A stretch of 64,000 nt of DNA, taken from the human T2T-CHM13v2.0 reference genome, Homo sapiens. The position numbers and the translations under genes are program-made. Positions within the stretch are counted from its first letter, which is position 1, and each line of letters starts with the position of its first letter. The DNA lies in NCBI RefSeq assembly GCF_009914755.1, contig NC_060928.1, one strand, 5' to 3'. Positions 13,701 through 29,657 of the stretch are shown here, one piece after another. The notes beneath the pieces are model-generated. The model was not told the DNA's origin. It made no database searches and was given only the letters and a program-made list of their open reading frames with translations.

Positions 13701-13728
13701 GGTGCCAGCGCTGCGGGGTCTGGTCCAT
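13636..13728 (-). other. Upstream out-of-frame overlapping uORF (30 aa, MDQTPQRWHHDARPLRASPDVRGAPRSGRL)
   Basis: ATG at 13728-13726 in AGCATGG context, 28 nt upstream of the main ATG; terminates at TGA inside the CDS. Confidence 0.65.
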
Positions 13729-14399
13729 GCTCCCCAGCTTCTCGGGCTTGGAGCGGAGAAGAGGAGGGGGCGGGGGCGGGGCTGCCGCGTCCCTCGAATC
13801 CCCCAGCCCCCTCCCGCCCCCGCACGCGGACCGCCCTCGCCTCCCCAACCTTGCCTCCCGCCGCTGGTGCCCTGCCGCGCCTCGGCTCCTGTCCCCTGGC
13901 GGCGGCCGCGGGTGGGGAAATCTGGAGCTCAGCCGAGCCCCGGCCGGCGGAGAGGACCGGAAAAGAGAAGGCGCGGACGCAGCGGGGAGCGGTTGGGCCT
14001 GAGCCCCAGGTAGCGGCGCAGGCACGAGCCCGGGAACTCTGCCCCCTGGGGGCGGGCGCCGGCCGCGCAAGCTGCTCCGGACCTACGCTCGGCCCCTGCC
14101 AGGCCCACCGCAGTCCGCCCGCACGGCACTGCCAGCTGCTGGGACCGAGCCCGAGGGTGCCCGCGCGGAGCACGGTCTTGGCTGCCCCTTGCCAGCATGC
14201 AGCACCAGCACAGCCCGGCGTTGGCGGCTCCCAAATCTGGCACCGGCCCCTGCCGTCATCTCTCCTCCAACCTCGTCGCCCCGTATCTTGCTTCCTCTGT
14301 TTTGAAATCTTTACCAAAGTATGGATGGATTTAGATGCAGCTCTTCCCTGACAACTCCCAGGATAAAAGTTATCAAAACCCACGAGGAATGTTAAAGCC

Positions 14400-14500
14400 A
14401 TTTCACTGAACTATACGCTCTTCAAGGACAAGACCACGTTTTATTCAGCTTGATATCACCGTGCTTAACACCGTGCCCCAATAAACATTGGCTGAAATTA
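14400..14500 (+). mobile_element. L2 3'-end fragment next to the promoter
   Basis: ..GTGCTTAACACCGTGCCCCAATAAACATTGGCTGAA resembles the L2 3' terminus. Confidence 0.45.
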
Positions 14501-15161
14501 AAATCCTGAACCGACTCAGGGAAAGGAGCTTGAGCCTTTCTGCTTCCTGCCTCCCACTTTCCAGCCGGTGCCCTGGACAACACCAGTTGTTTGGTTATTA
14601 TTGGGATTCAGTGAGGCTCTCTTAATACCAAATTTCCTCTCTAACCAGAGAAGACTTCATCCGTCCCGGTTTCCATCCTATCCAAAAAGTCCACCCCCCT
14701 AGCACCTGCCTCGTTTTTTGCAGGGCAAGGGACTTCTGTTAAGCCTATTCATTTGCCTCTCCAGAGACTCTGCCTGCTGACAATTTTGAAGCTTCACTGT
14801 TGGCTCGACCTCAGCTTAGTAGGGCCCTTTCAACACTCCTCGCCCCCCTCCCGCAGGCTCCAAAAAACTGTTGGCTTAGAATCTTAAAAAAAAAAAGTTA
14901 CTGGAGCTGTATGTTTTAGTATTTTGCCTTTCAGTTGTTTCTGACTATGCTACCAAAGTTTGACAAGGAGAAGGAAGCCCGTAAAGAAGGCAACATTTTA
15001 TTTTCTGGCATGGTCACGTTTCGTTGTGAAAAAGCAATGCTGTCTCATAATATAATGTACCCTGAAGAAAACTTGAACAAAATTCAAATGTTTATTGTTA
15101 AAACCTAGGTTTCAATTAGGAACTGAATTAATTCACTACTAGCTTTAAATAAGCCATCTTT

Positions 15162-15457
15162 AGCCGGGCGAGGTGGCTCACACCTGTAATCCCAGCAGTT
15201 TGGGACGCCCAGGCAGGCGGATCACATGAGGCCAGGAGTTCGAGAACAGCGTCGCCAACATGATGAAACCCGCCTTTACTAAAAATACAAAAAGCCGGGG
15301 GAGTGTTGGCGCACGCCTGTAATTCCAGCTACTTGGGAGGCTGAGCCAGGAAAATCGCTTGAACCTGGGAGCAGAGGTTGCAGTGAGCCGAGATCGTGCC
15401 ACTGCACTCCAGCCTGGGCGACAGAGGGAGACGTTGTCTCAAGAAAAAAAAAAAAAA
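15162..15457 (+). mobile_element. Alu (AluS-like)
   Basis: Full dimer, TSD CCATCTTTA. Confidence 0.88.
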
Positions 15458-16657
15458 TCCATCTTTAATTTTGTGGGTCGTTTTATTGTTTTTTGTTTCA
15501 CTCCTATTAATGAAATATTTGATTTTACTTTAGAGAGAATTGGGTAAAAGAAATGATGTTAAGAGTCCAGGGATGTATTTGTCAAATCTTTATTCAAGTT
15601 GTTTTCATTCCAGTTGTTTTTACCCATTATTTTTTTACTAATACTTTTCTGGCTCCAAAAGCATAGTTAAATCTATACTTGTGGAAGACAATGAAAGATA
15701 AAATATATATCTGGAGTAGTCTATTTGTTCATTTTAGTGAGGGTTGGCAGAGCTCATCAATCACAGATTTTTGAAATAATAGGTGACAGTTCTATCAGGG
15801 GTCAGCCCTTTTTCTTTCTGACTAGCTTTTCCACCTTAGGCTACACACCTGATGGCCCAGGGAAGGCTCATTTTAGGACTGTGGGGAGGCTGCTTGGACC
15901 CTGCTCCCTCCCCTTCCCACATTGACCCCTACAATCATTGCTTCCATGCTTCCTGGGGGTCCAGAAGCAGACCCAATTTCCATGCATCTACATACCTTGC
16001 AGACAGGAAAATAATGAGAGAGAAGTGAATAAAACAGAAGACTGTTAGATCTGAGCTCCAGAGAGGAGCATGGCCTCAGGCAGTCTGGCCTCTCCTCCAC
16101 TTCCCTGTACTCTGAGGCCACTTAACATTTAACAGACTATAAAATTGACATACACAAAGTGGAGTTACCCACAGAAAATTCCACGTCCGGATTTCATCAT
16201 TTAAGTTTTAAAACATACTTTTCTTAGAAAATATAAGGGCATTTATGTAATTATGATTTGAGGGCCTTGGCTTGGGTTTTGCCTTCTATTTGACAGGAAA
16301 AGTGTGTCTTAAATAGCTCTCTTCTTGACATGTTAGTCCCCTCCTCTGCTAATATTTTCTCTTCCTCTCTTCTTTCATTTCTCCTTGCTGCTACCAACAT
16401 ACAGATGTTTAGAATTTCCAATTCCCAGTTCAATCTCTGAAATGCATTTCTCCCTCTTCTACCTGTCACATCACAGCGTGTGTGGAGTTGGGGGGAATTA
16501 AGAGTACAGGGATTTACAGGAAGAAATCTTTTCCTTCTACCTCTATTAAGGCGCTACTTAGTCAAAGCTCCCTCCCAGGATTTTCATCACCCTCTAGTAT
16601 ATGCCAAAGGAGAGGGGAGGCAATTCCATCTTGTTACAACTGTAAGAATCTTCGTCA

Positions 16658-17029
<372 letters not shown>

Positions 17030-18142
17030 TCATCTCAACACTTGGAAGTCCCAGGGAGGCCCCCATAATGGGACTCTGTCACCTCCATCACCTCTGATTT
17101 CATCAATCCTCTGTCATTGATTTGGGACCCAAGAATTCAACTCTCCTTTGCCACACAGCCCTGTTCTGGTAGTGCCTAGATCCAGAACAACAACTGGAAA
17201 CCTAGGGAAGTGAAGGGAAGAGTCTCCCTGCACACACAACGGCAGGGAGGGTGGGTAGTCTTGGGGGTGAGGGTGCGGTACACATACATCTGCATATCTG
17301 TGCTTTCCCACGGCAACTGTGTTATACATGAATATTTGGTTTTGTGGTAGTTTAGGGGATCATCTTACTTCACATAAGTGATGGGCTGAATAGCTCTTGT
17401 GTAGTTTGATTTGGAAACATAGCCGATATGTATATTATTTTTAGAGAGTTCCAAAAACCAATATACAAAATAACTTTTGGAAAAGGCCCATTTACAATTT
17501 AGATAATGCCTGCATTTAGAAAAGCTAAGAACTTTTAAACAGAAGGCTAAGAACAGTATTTACTTTGACAATTCCAATGGCAAAAAAAATTTTCAAAAGA
17601 ACACTGAGCATTGCTCTTTCACATCAAAGGAAAAAAAGTCAAATAATATGAGGGACTGTCTAGGGACTGTAGGGGACTCAAAATTATAGAACATTGTCCA
17701 GCCTATAGAGAGGTGAAAAGAAAATTAGATGACAATATAATATTTTATGTAAAATTCAAAAAAATAAGAGAAACATCCAAAAAATAAATGATGAATTGCC
17801 AAATGAATGGCACAATGCTTTGGGGTCAGAAGTCCCTGTTAGTAGGCAGTCTCTGGCAATACAGGGAAAGTCTCCACCTATGCCTTGTATTAGTCACACT
17901 CTTCTCTGCTCGCCCCAAACCATGAAGACATCTGAGGGCCAATGATTGCAACAGTAGTACTATAGGAGTCATTTGATCTTGATTTTTCTCATGGTTTAAG
18001 GTTGAATTTCATCAACAGAACAAAATGCTTTTTAATTTGGATTGATGTTTAAAATTCACCTAAATGATATAATTCCTATGCAGAAATTAGTTCTACAGAC
18101 TCATTTTCAGGGTTACCCAAATTATATGTACTAATAGGTAAG

Positions 18143-18144
<2 letters not shown>

Positions 18145-18172
<28 letters not shown>
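18145..18172. repeat. (GT)14 microsatellite
   Basis: Read directly from the sequence. Confidence 0.95.
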
Positions 18173-18176
<4 letters not shown>

Positions 18177-18209
18177 CTCACACTCTCTCTATATATAGTT
18201 CCTAAACTT

Positions 18210-18440
18210 GGTTACTTTGGCCTTGGCATCAAACCTGTGCTTGATCTGCACACTAATCAGTAGGGAAATTCAGACGAGTTTCTTTACCTCCTAAGCCCAA
18301 GGCTCCTCATCTGTGAAAAAGGGAGAGTGACAGTACTTGCATGCTAGATCTCTGTGAGGGGTAGTTGAGATAATGCATGTAAACTGTTGAACAGAGTACT
18401 CCATATTGTACGGTGGAATAGCATCAGTAACTGCCATTGA
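18210..18440 (+). mobile_element. MIR fragment
   Basis: CCTCATCTGTGAAAAAGGGAG...GAGATAATGCATGTAAA MIR core. Confidence 0.6.
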
Positions 18441-18875
18441 ATTCTTAACCCCTCAAACTAAGTCACCCAGTGAAAATCTACATCAGTGATGCAGGAAATT
18501 TGCCTAGATTTTCCCTCCCCATCATGCTCTGCCTCTTACTGCACCTCAGCAATTTCCGCTTTAAGATTGATGGCAGTCATGAGGCTGCTGTAGCTCTGCT
18601 CACTTGAGCGCTTGTTCTCTTTGTATGTTCTCTCTCTTCCTCTCCACAAGTTTTGTCCCTGAAAGCCAATGAAACACTAAGTATCTCAAATTAAAACACT
18701 TCTCCAGAGGAGTTTGCCTAAGTATAACGAGTGGTTTTCAAATCCCTCAGCCTTCTAGTTGCAAGTGGGCTGTGATCACAGAGGAAAAGAGTAAACAGAT
18801 TGAAAGAAACACAGCACCAGAACTGCTTGCCAATGATCTGGGAATCACAGAATCTTAGTGTGGAAAAGGGCTTAA

Positions 18876-19263
<388 letters not shown>

Positions 19264-19637
19264 CCATCTATTTCTTTAAAACTAATCACGGGAGAAGTTC
19301 CTACTTGGGAGCCAGCACACTCTTATCTCTAGAAAATCCAAATTGTTCAGAAAATCTTCCCTTCCATAAAGCCAGAAGTTCCCTACAGGTAGAAACCTAC
19401 TTTATCTAGCTGTAATTCTGTTTCTATCCTCCTACTGATTTGGGGGAATAGAGGTTATTTGAGTGGGCAGTAACAGTTGTGGAATCCACCCCACCTGGGT
19501 TCAAATCCCTGTTAAATTATGTATTAGCTTCTTGGCCTCCAGGGGATGCTAAAGACTCTTTTCTTCCCCATTTCTCTCTATCCTCAAGAAAGAGGAGATG
19601 TGTTGACTTGAGGGGGCAGATCCAAGAGCAGTAATTA

Positions 19638-19856
<219 letters not shown>

Positions 19857-20129
19857 TCAGTTTCCTATTTTCTCTCCTTTTGCTTATTGTGTTTTTCTTT
19901 ACTTTATCATTGGAATCATAAGAACCATAAAGCTGAGGTTTGGGTAACAGTTGTAGTAAAAGGTAGGAAAAGGCGCTGTTTAGCTATTTGGCCTAGATAC
20001 TAGTAAACTGCTTTGGGGTTTGGGGGCAAAATTCCAGTTAATTTTAAAAGCTTGCATTTGGCTAAGCTTGTCCTCTACATATAGATGTCTCCCAGGGAAT
20101 TCACTGGGAGTGGGGAGGCATGAAGATCG

Positions 20130-20754
20130 TGTGAGAAGTGTTCAAACCAGAGCAACTCCATCTTGAATAGGGGCTGGTTTCTTGGAGGATGAGACCTGCA
20201 TTCCCTAGAGGTTAGGCATTCTTAGTCACAGGATGAGATAGGAGGTGAGCAGGACTGGCTCCATAAGATACAGGTCACAAAGACCCAGCTGATAAAACGA
20301 GATGTGGTAAAGAAGCCAGTGAAAATCCACCAAAAGCAAGATGGCGATGAAAGCAACCTCTGGTCATCCTGGCTGCTCATTATACGCCAATTATAATGCA
20401 TTAGCGTGCTAAAAGACACTCCCACCAGTGCCATGATAGTTTGCAACATCCAAAAGTTACCCTGTATAGTCTAAAAAGGGGAGAAACCCTCAGTTTCAGG
20501 AACTCCCAACCCCTTTCCCAGAAAACACAGGAATAACCCACCCTTTGTTTAGTGAATAATCAAGGAATACCCATAAGTATACTTAAGCAGCCCATGCTGC
20601 TGCTCTGCCTGTGGAATAGCCACCCTGTTATTCCTTTACTTTTCTTAATAAACTTACTTTCACTTTACTCTGTTGGCTCACTCTTGAATTCCTTCCTACA
20701 TGAAGCCAAGAACTCACATGGCCTCCCAATTTTGGGGTTCACCCTGTGACAACA
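20130..20754 (+). mobile_element. MER41-family ERV1 solo LTR
   Basis: AACCAGAGCAACTCCATCTTGAATAGGGGCTGG 5' end, GCTAAAAGACACTCCCACCAG core and AATAAA near 20647 resemble the MER41 consensus; subfamily uncertain. Confidence 0.85.
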
Positions 20755-21519
20755 TGATTTCAGGATCCTAGCTTCCCAGTAATCCGTCATTACTGATAAC
20801 CTCTCAAAATATAGTTTGCCTGTCCATAATATGGAGGTAACAATTCTACTCTACAGGATTAAAAATATTATGTTGGACACTAAGCAAATGACTATCATTT
20901 AAGTTTGTGGAAACAATTATCAGGGCTTTTCTGCTTTTTCTAGACTAAATGAACTATTTTTCCTTCTACCATTTCTTATTTTGATGCCTTATGCTGGAAC
21001 CCCTTCTCTGGTTAAGCCCAAGTGCAACAATATCCTCATTAAACTGTAGCTCATAGAATTAAAAAACAATACTTTAGGTATTATTTGACCACAGCAGATT
21101 TCGAGAGAATAAAAATGTTCCCCTTGTTTCAAATATCATACTATGATTATATTAACTTGTTTACAGCCACATAACATTTGGTTCTTATACAATAAGCACA
21201 ACGTTACTTAAATTCTTGTCAGCCTGAAAATTTTCAACAACCCTGTTCAAACTGTGAAATCTTCCCTAACCAAATTCTGCTCTCAAAATATGTGTTAGCC
21301 TGGCACGCTATACACACAGAATTTCACAATCATAATCACATTAATCCAGAGCTGTCTTCATTATAAGCTCTTTAATGGAAATAATTATGCACTCCACAGT
21401 GATTGGTCCTTAACTGGCAGCCAATGAATAGTCATTGAACAAATGAGGTTTTTAAGTAAAGTGCAAATGAGTCTTTTCCTTTTTTTTTTTTTTTTATAAT
21501 ATGGTAGTGTAGTGTCTAC

Positions 21520-22640
<1,121 letters not shown>

Positions 22641-22736
22641 ATACTTCTTTATCTGGCAGGAATTTCATGCTAAGTTATAATGTTTCATGGGTATTTTAGT
22701 CTATGGATTTTTCACAGTAAATGATGTGTAGGTAAT

Positions 22737-23235
22737 TGTGTGAGTTATCTATAGCACATAACAAATTGTTCCACAACTTAGTGTTTTAAAACAACAAGTG
22801 TTTATTATCTCACAGAGTCCTGAGGATCAGAGATCTGGGAGTGGCTAATCTGCAGCTCAGGGTCATGAAGTTGCAGTAAAAATGTTATTGGGACTGCAGT
22901 CATCTGAAGGCTTGACTGAGGTAGAGGAACTGTTTCCCAGATCACTCATGTGGCTGTTGGCTGGAGGCCTCAGTTCCTTACCACATGGACTTCTCCAAGG
23001 TGGTGCTTAAAACGTAACGTTAGCTTCCCCATTGCAAATGATACAAAAGAACAAACAAGACAGAAGACACAAAGACTTTTATAACTTAATCTCAGAAATG
23101 GCATATCATCACTGCTGTCATATTCTATTACTCACACAGTAAATTAGCCCTGGTACAGGGCAGGAGAAGACTATGAAATGACGTGAATTCTAGGAGATAG
23201 GGATTGTTGGGGGCCATCTTTGAGGCTGGTTAACA
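22737..23235 (-). mobile_element. MLT1 (F/G-like) MaLR LTR
   Basis: CATAACAAATT..CAACTTAGTG..AAAACAACAA..TTTATTATCTCACAG and GGGGCCATCTTTGAGGCTG motifs. Confidence 0.7.
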
Positions 23236-25300
23236 GTTATATTCTGCAAAATTGCTCTAAAACAGAGAATTTAAAAATACTGTGTTTATAATGTGGCAAT
23301 ATGTATTTTCTAAATGCTAAATAAGTAAGTGCATTTTCAATGAAACAAGCATTTTAAACAAAACATAGGGTCAGTTCCAAGCAAAAGTGTTTTAATTTCC
23401 CTACAATTGCATCTCCCACTATACTTTATGAGCAGGCTCATTCTTGGTCTATTATTTTTCTGGTTACAAGAAAGCAAAAGATTTTATCCATGAATTTAGG
23501 TATCCAGACTCACAGTAGGACTCCAGAGTGTACCAGCTGCCTGATAAGACTTAATATGTCAATCAGCCTTGAGTTATTAATATCTTAATAGGGACAAAAG
23601 AATGCATGAAACTGACAAGGGAACTATAGGATTTCAGGCACCCTCTGAACTGAGTCCCGAGGAGCAGAAATTTGGGTAAGAAAGATGCTTCCTGAAAAGC
23701 TATCACTTGTAAGGCCTCTCATTAGAATACTGCTAAAGACAAAGAATTGTAAAACAAAACCAAAACAACCATGGTTTAATTTGACAAAAAGATTACCAAA
23801 GTTTTTCAGTTAAATTATATTTACTATCTTCAAAACAAACATCTCTGAGTATTTTGTAATGCATCAGAATTTCCTGTCCAATAAATTAAGCTACACACAT
23901 TTCTATTGCCTCCCAATACACTCTCAGCCAAACAAAAAACCCCAAAGCGTCAAAAAGTTTATATGCATAATGAAGCTATAACAACTAGAAACAAAATTTG
24001 CTGGTACAACTAAATCAGAAAGAATTTCTTTTCCCCCACTTTCATAAAACAGCTACGTTGTGAAGGACAATATGCCCTCATTTTGGTGCTGAAAGATTGA
24101 CACAGTTTTGAAACAGAGACTCATTGGCAGTATTAACAGCTGAGCTGTGTAATAAAACAAACTCAGGGCATTAAAAATATGACGCTACCCTAGACTAGTC
24201 TTTATTTTTAGAAGGCTTAGAAACCTCTACCCAGTGTAAAAGGCTTTTTCATATGACTTAATGTTCTTTGCTATCGAATGTCATTTAAAAGATGAAATAT
24301 GGTCATTAAACAAGTAAGACAGTATTTGGCACATAGCATTAGTTATGTTGCAGCCCACAGCTGAGGCTGAGCAGACAACTTTATATAAGTTGCTAGGTTC
24401 CATCAGGATTCTAAAATAAGAAATGGTAACTGGTTAGACTTTGTTCTGTGAAACAATGCCTATTAATGCAATGCACATGTCTTGTGGAATGTTCGTCTTC
24501 AGAAATATTTTAAGTAAATTATTTCAGAGAATCAACAATAACTTTGGATAACATTAACCTTTGGACCTTAATTAGCTCAAGGCATATAATGATTAAAGCA
24601 GAAGGAGATGACCTGTTAAAAAATAGATCTCTAGAAGGGAGGAATTTAAAATGTTTAAACATTGAAAACACACAAAAACCAGATAAATGACATGGGTTTA
24701 AGAAGACAAACGTCATGATTTTCATTTTTGATTGTGATACACAGTGTTTTTGGAAGCTATGATTTTATACTTTATAATTTTCTATATTGTTTTATTTTCT
24801 AAATATGTTTGATAAAGATCTTTAAAGAAAGAGTGCAAGCAGAGTAAAAATATCTTTAATGTACACCCATCTAGTAGCGTCCATTTAAAGATATACCGAC
24901 TTATTCATAATGAAGAAGAATTTTTCTCAAGTGGTTGGATGGATTTGTGTTGACTGTAAGTAAGCTTTTGAGGGAGATATTGGGTCTTACTCATTTCCAG
25001 ATTCTCATTTAGTGAAAGCTGCTCAATAATGTTTTTCACTGATTCTATCTCCAGTCTCTTACTTAGTTCTCTTTTTGGTCAGTGGATTAGATTACCTTTG
25101 TGAGATGGTTGGCTGGAGGTAAATGCATAGAATGCAGTGAATACAGGGTTACAAGGTTGTTGTTACTGTTTCCTGCAAATTTAATAGATTTTATGGGAAA
25201 TGTTAATAAAAACTTACTTTGTTTAGAATATTTTGCTAAAAATATACATTTTTCACTACATTTTCTTTCTAATTCTCTCAGAAAATGGATTGGATTATCC

Positions 25301-25379
25301 ATTCTAGAGGCTTTGAACTAGATGGATTGTAACCTACACTATTCTAGAGGCTTTGAACTAGATGGATTGTAACCTACAC
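25301..25379. repeat. Perfect 39-bp tandem duplication
   Basis: ATTCTAGAGGCTTTGAACTAGATGGATTGTAACCTACAC at 25301-25339 and 25341-25379. Confidence 0.95.
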
Positions 25380-26006
25380 AATTTATAAAAGCATCTGGAT
25401 ATGAATTTGGAGCAACGATAATTTGAAAAGTGCTTTAAGCGGTCAGACATATGCTAAATCAATCCGGGAACACACAACCACCTACATTTCTCTTTGGCAA
25501 ATACAGAAGAACACTGGGATTTTACTGTTTCTCATATAGCTTCACTCTAGCCCATGGGGCTCATGAAGTTGCAGTATATTAAACAATCTAAAAAGATTTC
25601 TGCATGCGGTATAAATTACTGTATTTAAATCAGTAAAAAATAAAGCATATGCTATAATCAGGAAAAATAAATGAATAGATCAGATATTTTTGGGAAATTA
25701 AAAAACTGATACAAGAGATGTAATTAACGATACTGTTTTATTTCAAACAGAAACTCTCATTATCTACACTTGATGATTCATAAGCCTAAGTTACTCTGAG
25801 GGGGTTGAGAATATTTACCTTTGCTTGCTTTTTATTTGCAAGGATTAAAGCCAGATTACCTTCTCTTTTTGTATACCTAAGTATCTAGCAAGGTTTGTTC
25901 CAAACTACACTATGTGGTTAATGCCAAATCAAATTTTAGGTGAAATAAAAAGGGACAAACTATAAAGAAGAATTATAAACAGTAAATCTAATAAATAAAC
26001 ATTAAA

Positions 26007-26315
<309 letters not shown>

Positions 26316-26723
26316 TAAACATTAAATTTTAAAATCTATCCTTATTCTTTCAGATTTGTCTGTTTGTTGAACTCTAGCTCATGTTCAAAACTTGCTTTAA
26401 CAGCATACAAACTATAGACAGGGGAAGAGTCAAAGTGAATATCTTGACAATTTAGGTAAAATAATAAGAGTTGGCATTAATTGAACACTTACTCTGTTCA
26501 AGACCCCACAATAAGCATATCGTCAATCATATCAATCATTCATTTTATGTATGTTCATTAATTCTTCCCAAAGCCTATAATATAGGCAGACAGGCATTAT
26601 TATCCAATGGGGAAAAAATAATAATAAAAGAAAAGAAAACTGAAGCTCAGAGAGTTTAATCAACTTGCCTAAATCTATAAAAGTAGTAAGTGATTAAGAT
26701 GAGATACGCAGGCAGGACCATAA

Positions 26724-27059
<336 letters not shown>

Positions 27060-27657
27060 AATAAGCTTTATTTGCAACTAAATTATTCTAATTGTTATCT
27101 TCAACTATAAAATTCAGTACAGATGCTCAATTCATGATTTCTCAAAAGCAAAGATGAAGATCCTAGTAGACTTCATTAATCTACAAAGTTATATTAGACT
27201 GAAGTCTTACATCGGGTTATAGGAATTGTAGCCATGCAGCCATCCAATTTAGAAAAGTAGATTTAAAGAACTTAAAATCTTCAGGTCTCTGGTGACTGAG
27301 TTTATCAGGCAAGTTTCCACACTTGAGCACCAGCTGAACATAAAGATCTGGACTTTGAAAAGCAGAAAAACCAAATGGGAATATTATAGCTAATGAGGGG
27401 TCACCACTTACCACTGAGCTGAATGCCTGACCTGGTTATGATTTTGTCACATATGTGAGTTTCTATGGCATAATTTGGCAGTTACCAACCCAAGCTATGA
27501 GCTCACACAGCTTGGGTTCAAATTCATCTCAGCTGCTTATTATCAATTTGAGCATTTTGGCAAGTTATATAACTGCATTAAGCCTTTTAAAATTGTTATA
27601 AGAATTAAGTGGGATAATTTTTGTATATTTTGGTATAACATTTATTTTAGATCTGAC

Positions 27658-27954
<297 letters not shown>

Positions 27955-27968
27955 AGGTCTGACTTTTC

Positions 27969-28010
<42 letters not shown>
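27969..28010. repeat. A18-(TA)12 compound repeat
   Basis: Read directly from the sequence. Confidence 0.9.
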
Positions 28011-28016
<6 letters not shown>

Positions 28017-28080
28017 AGTATTAATTTAAGGAGAAAGTGAGAAATATTTAGTTCATAAACTGCTCTTATTGAAAATAGTA

Positions 28081-28391
28081 GGTTGGACACAGTGGCTTAC
28101 GTCTGTAATCTCAGCACTTTGGGAGGCTGAGGCAGAAGGATCATTTGAGGCCAGGAGTTGGAGACCATTCTGGGCAACAAAGTAAGACCCCATTTCTACA
28201 AAAAAAAAAAAATCTGTTTTTAATTAGCTGGGGTTGGTGGCCCACACCTGTAGTCCCAACTACTCAGGATACTAAGGCAGAAAGATTGCTTGCACCCAGG
28301 AGTTCAAGACTGCAGTGAGCTATTATTGTGCCACTGCACTCCAGCCTGGGTGACAGAATGAGACCATATCTCTTGAAAGAAAGAAAGAAAA
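28081..28391 (+). mobile_element. Alu (AluJ-like)
   Basis: Diverged full dimer. Confidence 0.85.
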
Positions 28392-28642
28392 TAACAAAAA
28401 TAGCTATTTGAAAACTACTGACCACTAACACACAATTTCAAAGAAATTTTGTATGTATTATGTTATATTATGTAACGTAGCAATTAAGGACTGGCCTTCA
28501 AGAGGAGTCAGAAAAAGTCTGTGTTCAAAATTTAACTCTGCTTCTTACTTAACTCGGATGACATCAGGCAAGTTGCTTAACTTCCTTTAGCTCAGTTTAC
28601 TTGTCTATAAAATAAGGATAACTCTAATATTTCAGCAGTAAC

Positions 28643-28783
28643 TTTTTTTAATTTTAATTTTTTTGTACAGACAACATCTCCCTGTGTAGCCCAGACTGGT
28701 CTCAAACTCCTGGTCTCAAATGATCCTCCCACCTTGGCCTCTCGACGCACTGGGATTACAGGTGTGAGCAACTGTACCCAGCT
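28643..28783 (-). mobile_element. FLAM-type Alu monomer
   Basis: Reverse-complement left monomer. Confidence 0.75.
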
Positions 28784-29342
28784 GGTAATCATTATTTGAT
28801 GAATAAATAATGAAATAACAGCATGGTACCTGGCATATAATACACTTTAGATAAATGTCTGTTAATAATGTTAATAAAATTATTATTGTTCAAGTATAAG
28901 TACAAAATAAGAACTCTAAAGCTCAAGTAAAGGGAAGTGAAAAGAACTTTGGCTTTTTCTCCCTATTGCTTGCAATTCAATTTGGCCACATACTGGGCCA
29001 CTAGACTGTCTTCTGAGAAAAGAGGTAGGAGAGGGAAATGTTAGACGTGGTTTAATGAAGTCACATGTTCAATGACAATTGAGACTCAGCCTGCCCAGGA
29101 GCTGGGTAAACATTAGGCTCTCTGGCCTCAAGTAGTTGGTGCTTAAGAGCAGGCATAACAATCTTCTGCCAAGGGAAAATATTGATCAATAAACATAAAC
29201 GTTACCTGAAAGAGTTCTTAACATTTCAGTGATTATTCTGTTAAGAAAGAAAAAACAAAGATTGTTTGTTTCAGAAATTTTTAAGGTGCCCAGCCTAGGC
29301 TTCTGTATGAATTCCTGAATAATAACAGGCCAAAAGAATTCA

Positions 29343-29657
<315 letters not shown>

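Larger units (their letters stand above)
13120..14290. promoter_or_regulatory. PRSS12: CpG island covering PRSS12 promoter, 5' UTR and exon 1
   Basis: Very GC- and CpG-rich block against an AT-rich background. GC boxes GGGGCGGGGGCGGGG at 13767-13781 include an EGR-type GCGGGGGCG (13770-13778). TSS cannot be placed from sequence alone. Confidence 0.9.

Noticed and set aside
13108-14351. Other overlapping ORFs in the CpG island (73-166 aa, both strands)
   Set aside because: GC-content artefacts without recognisable homology.
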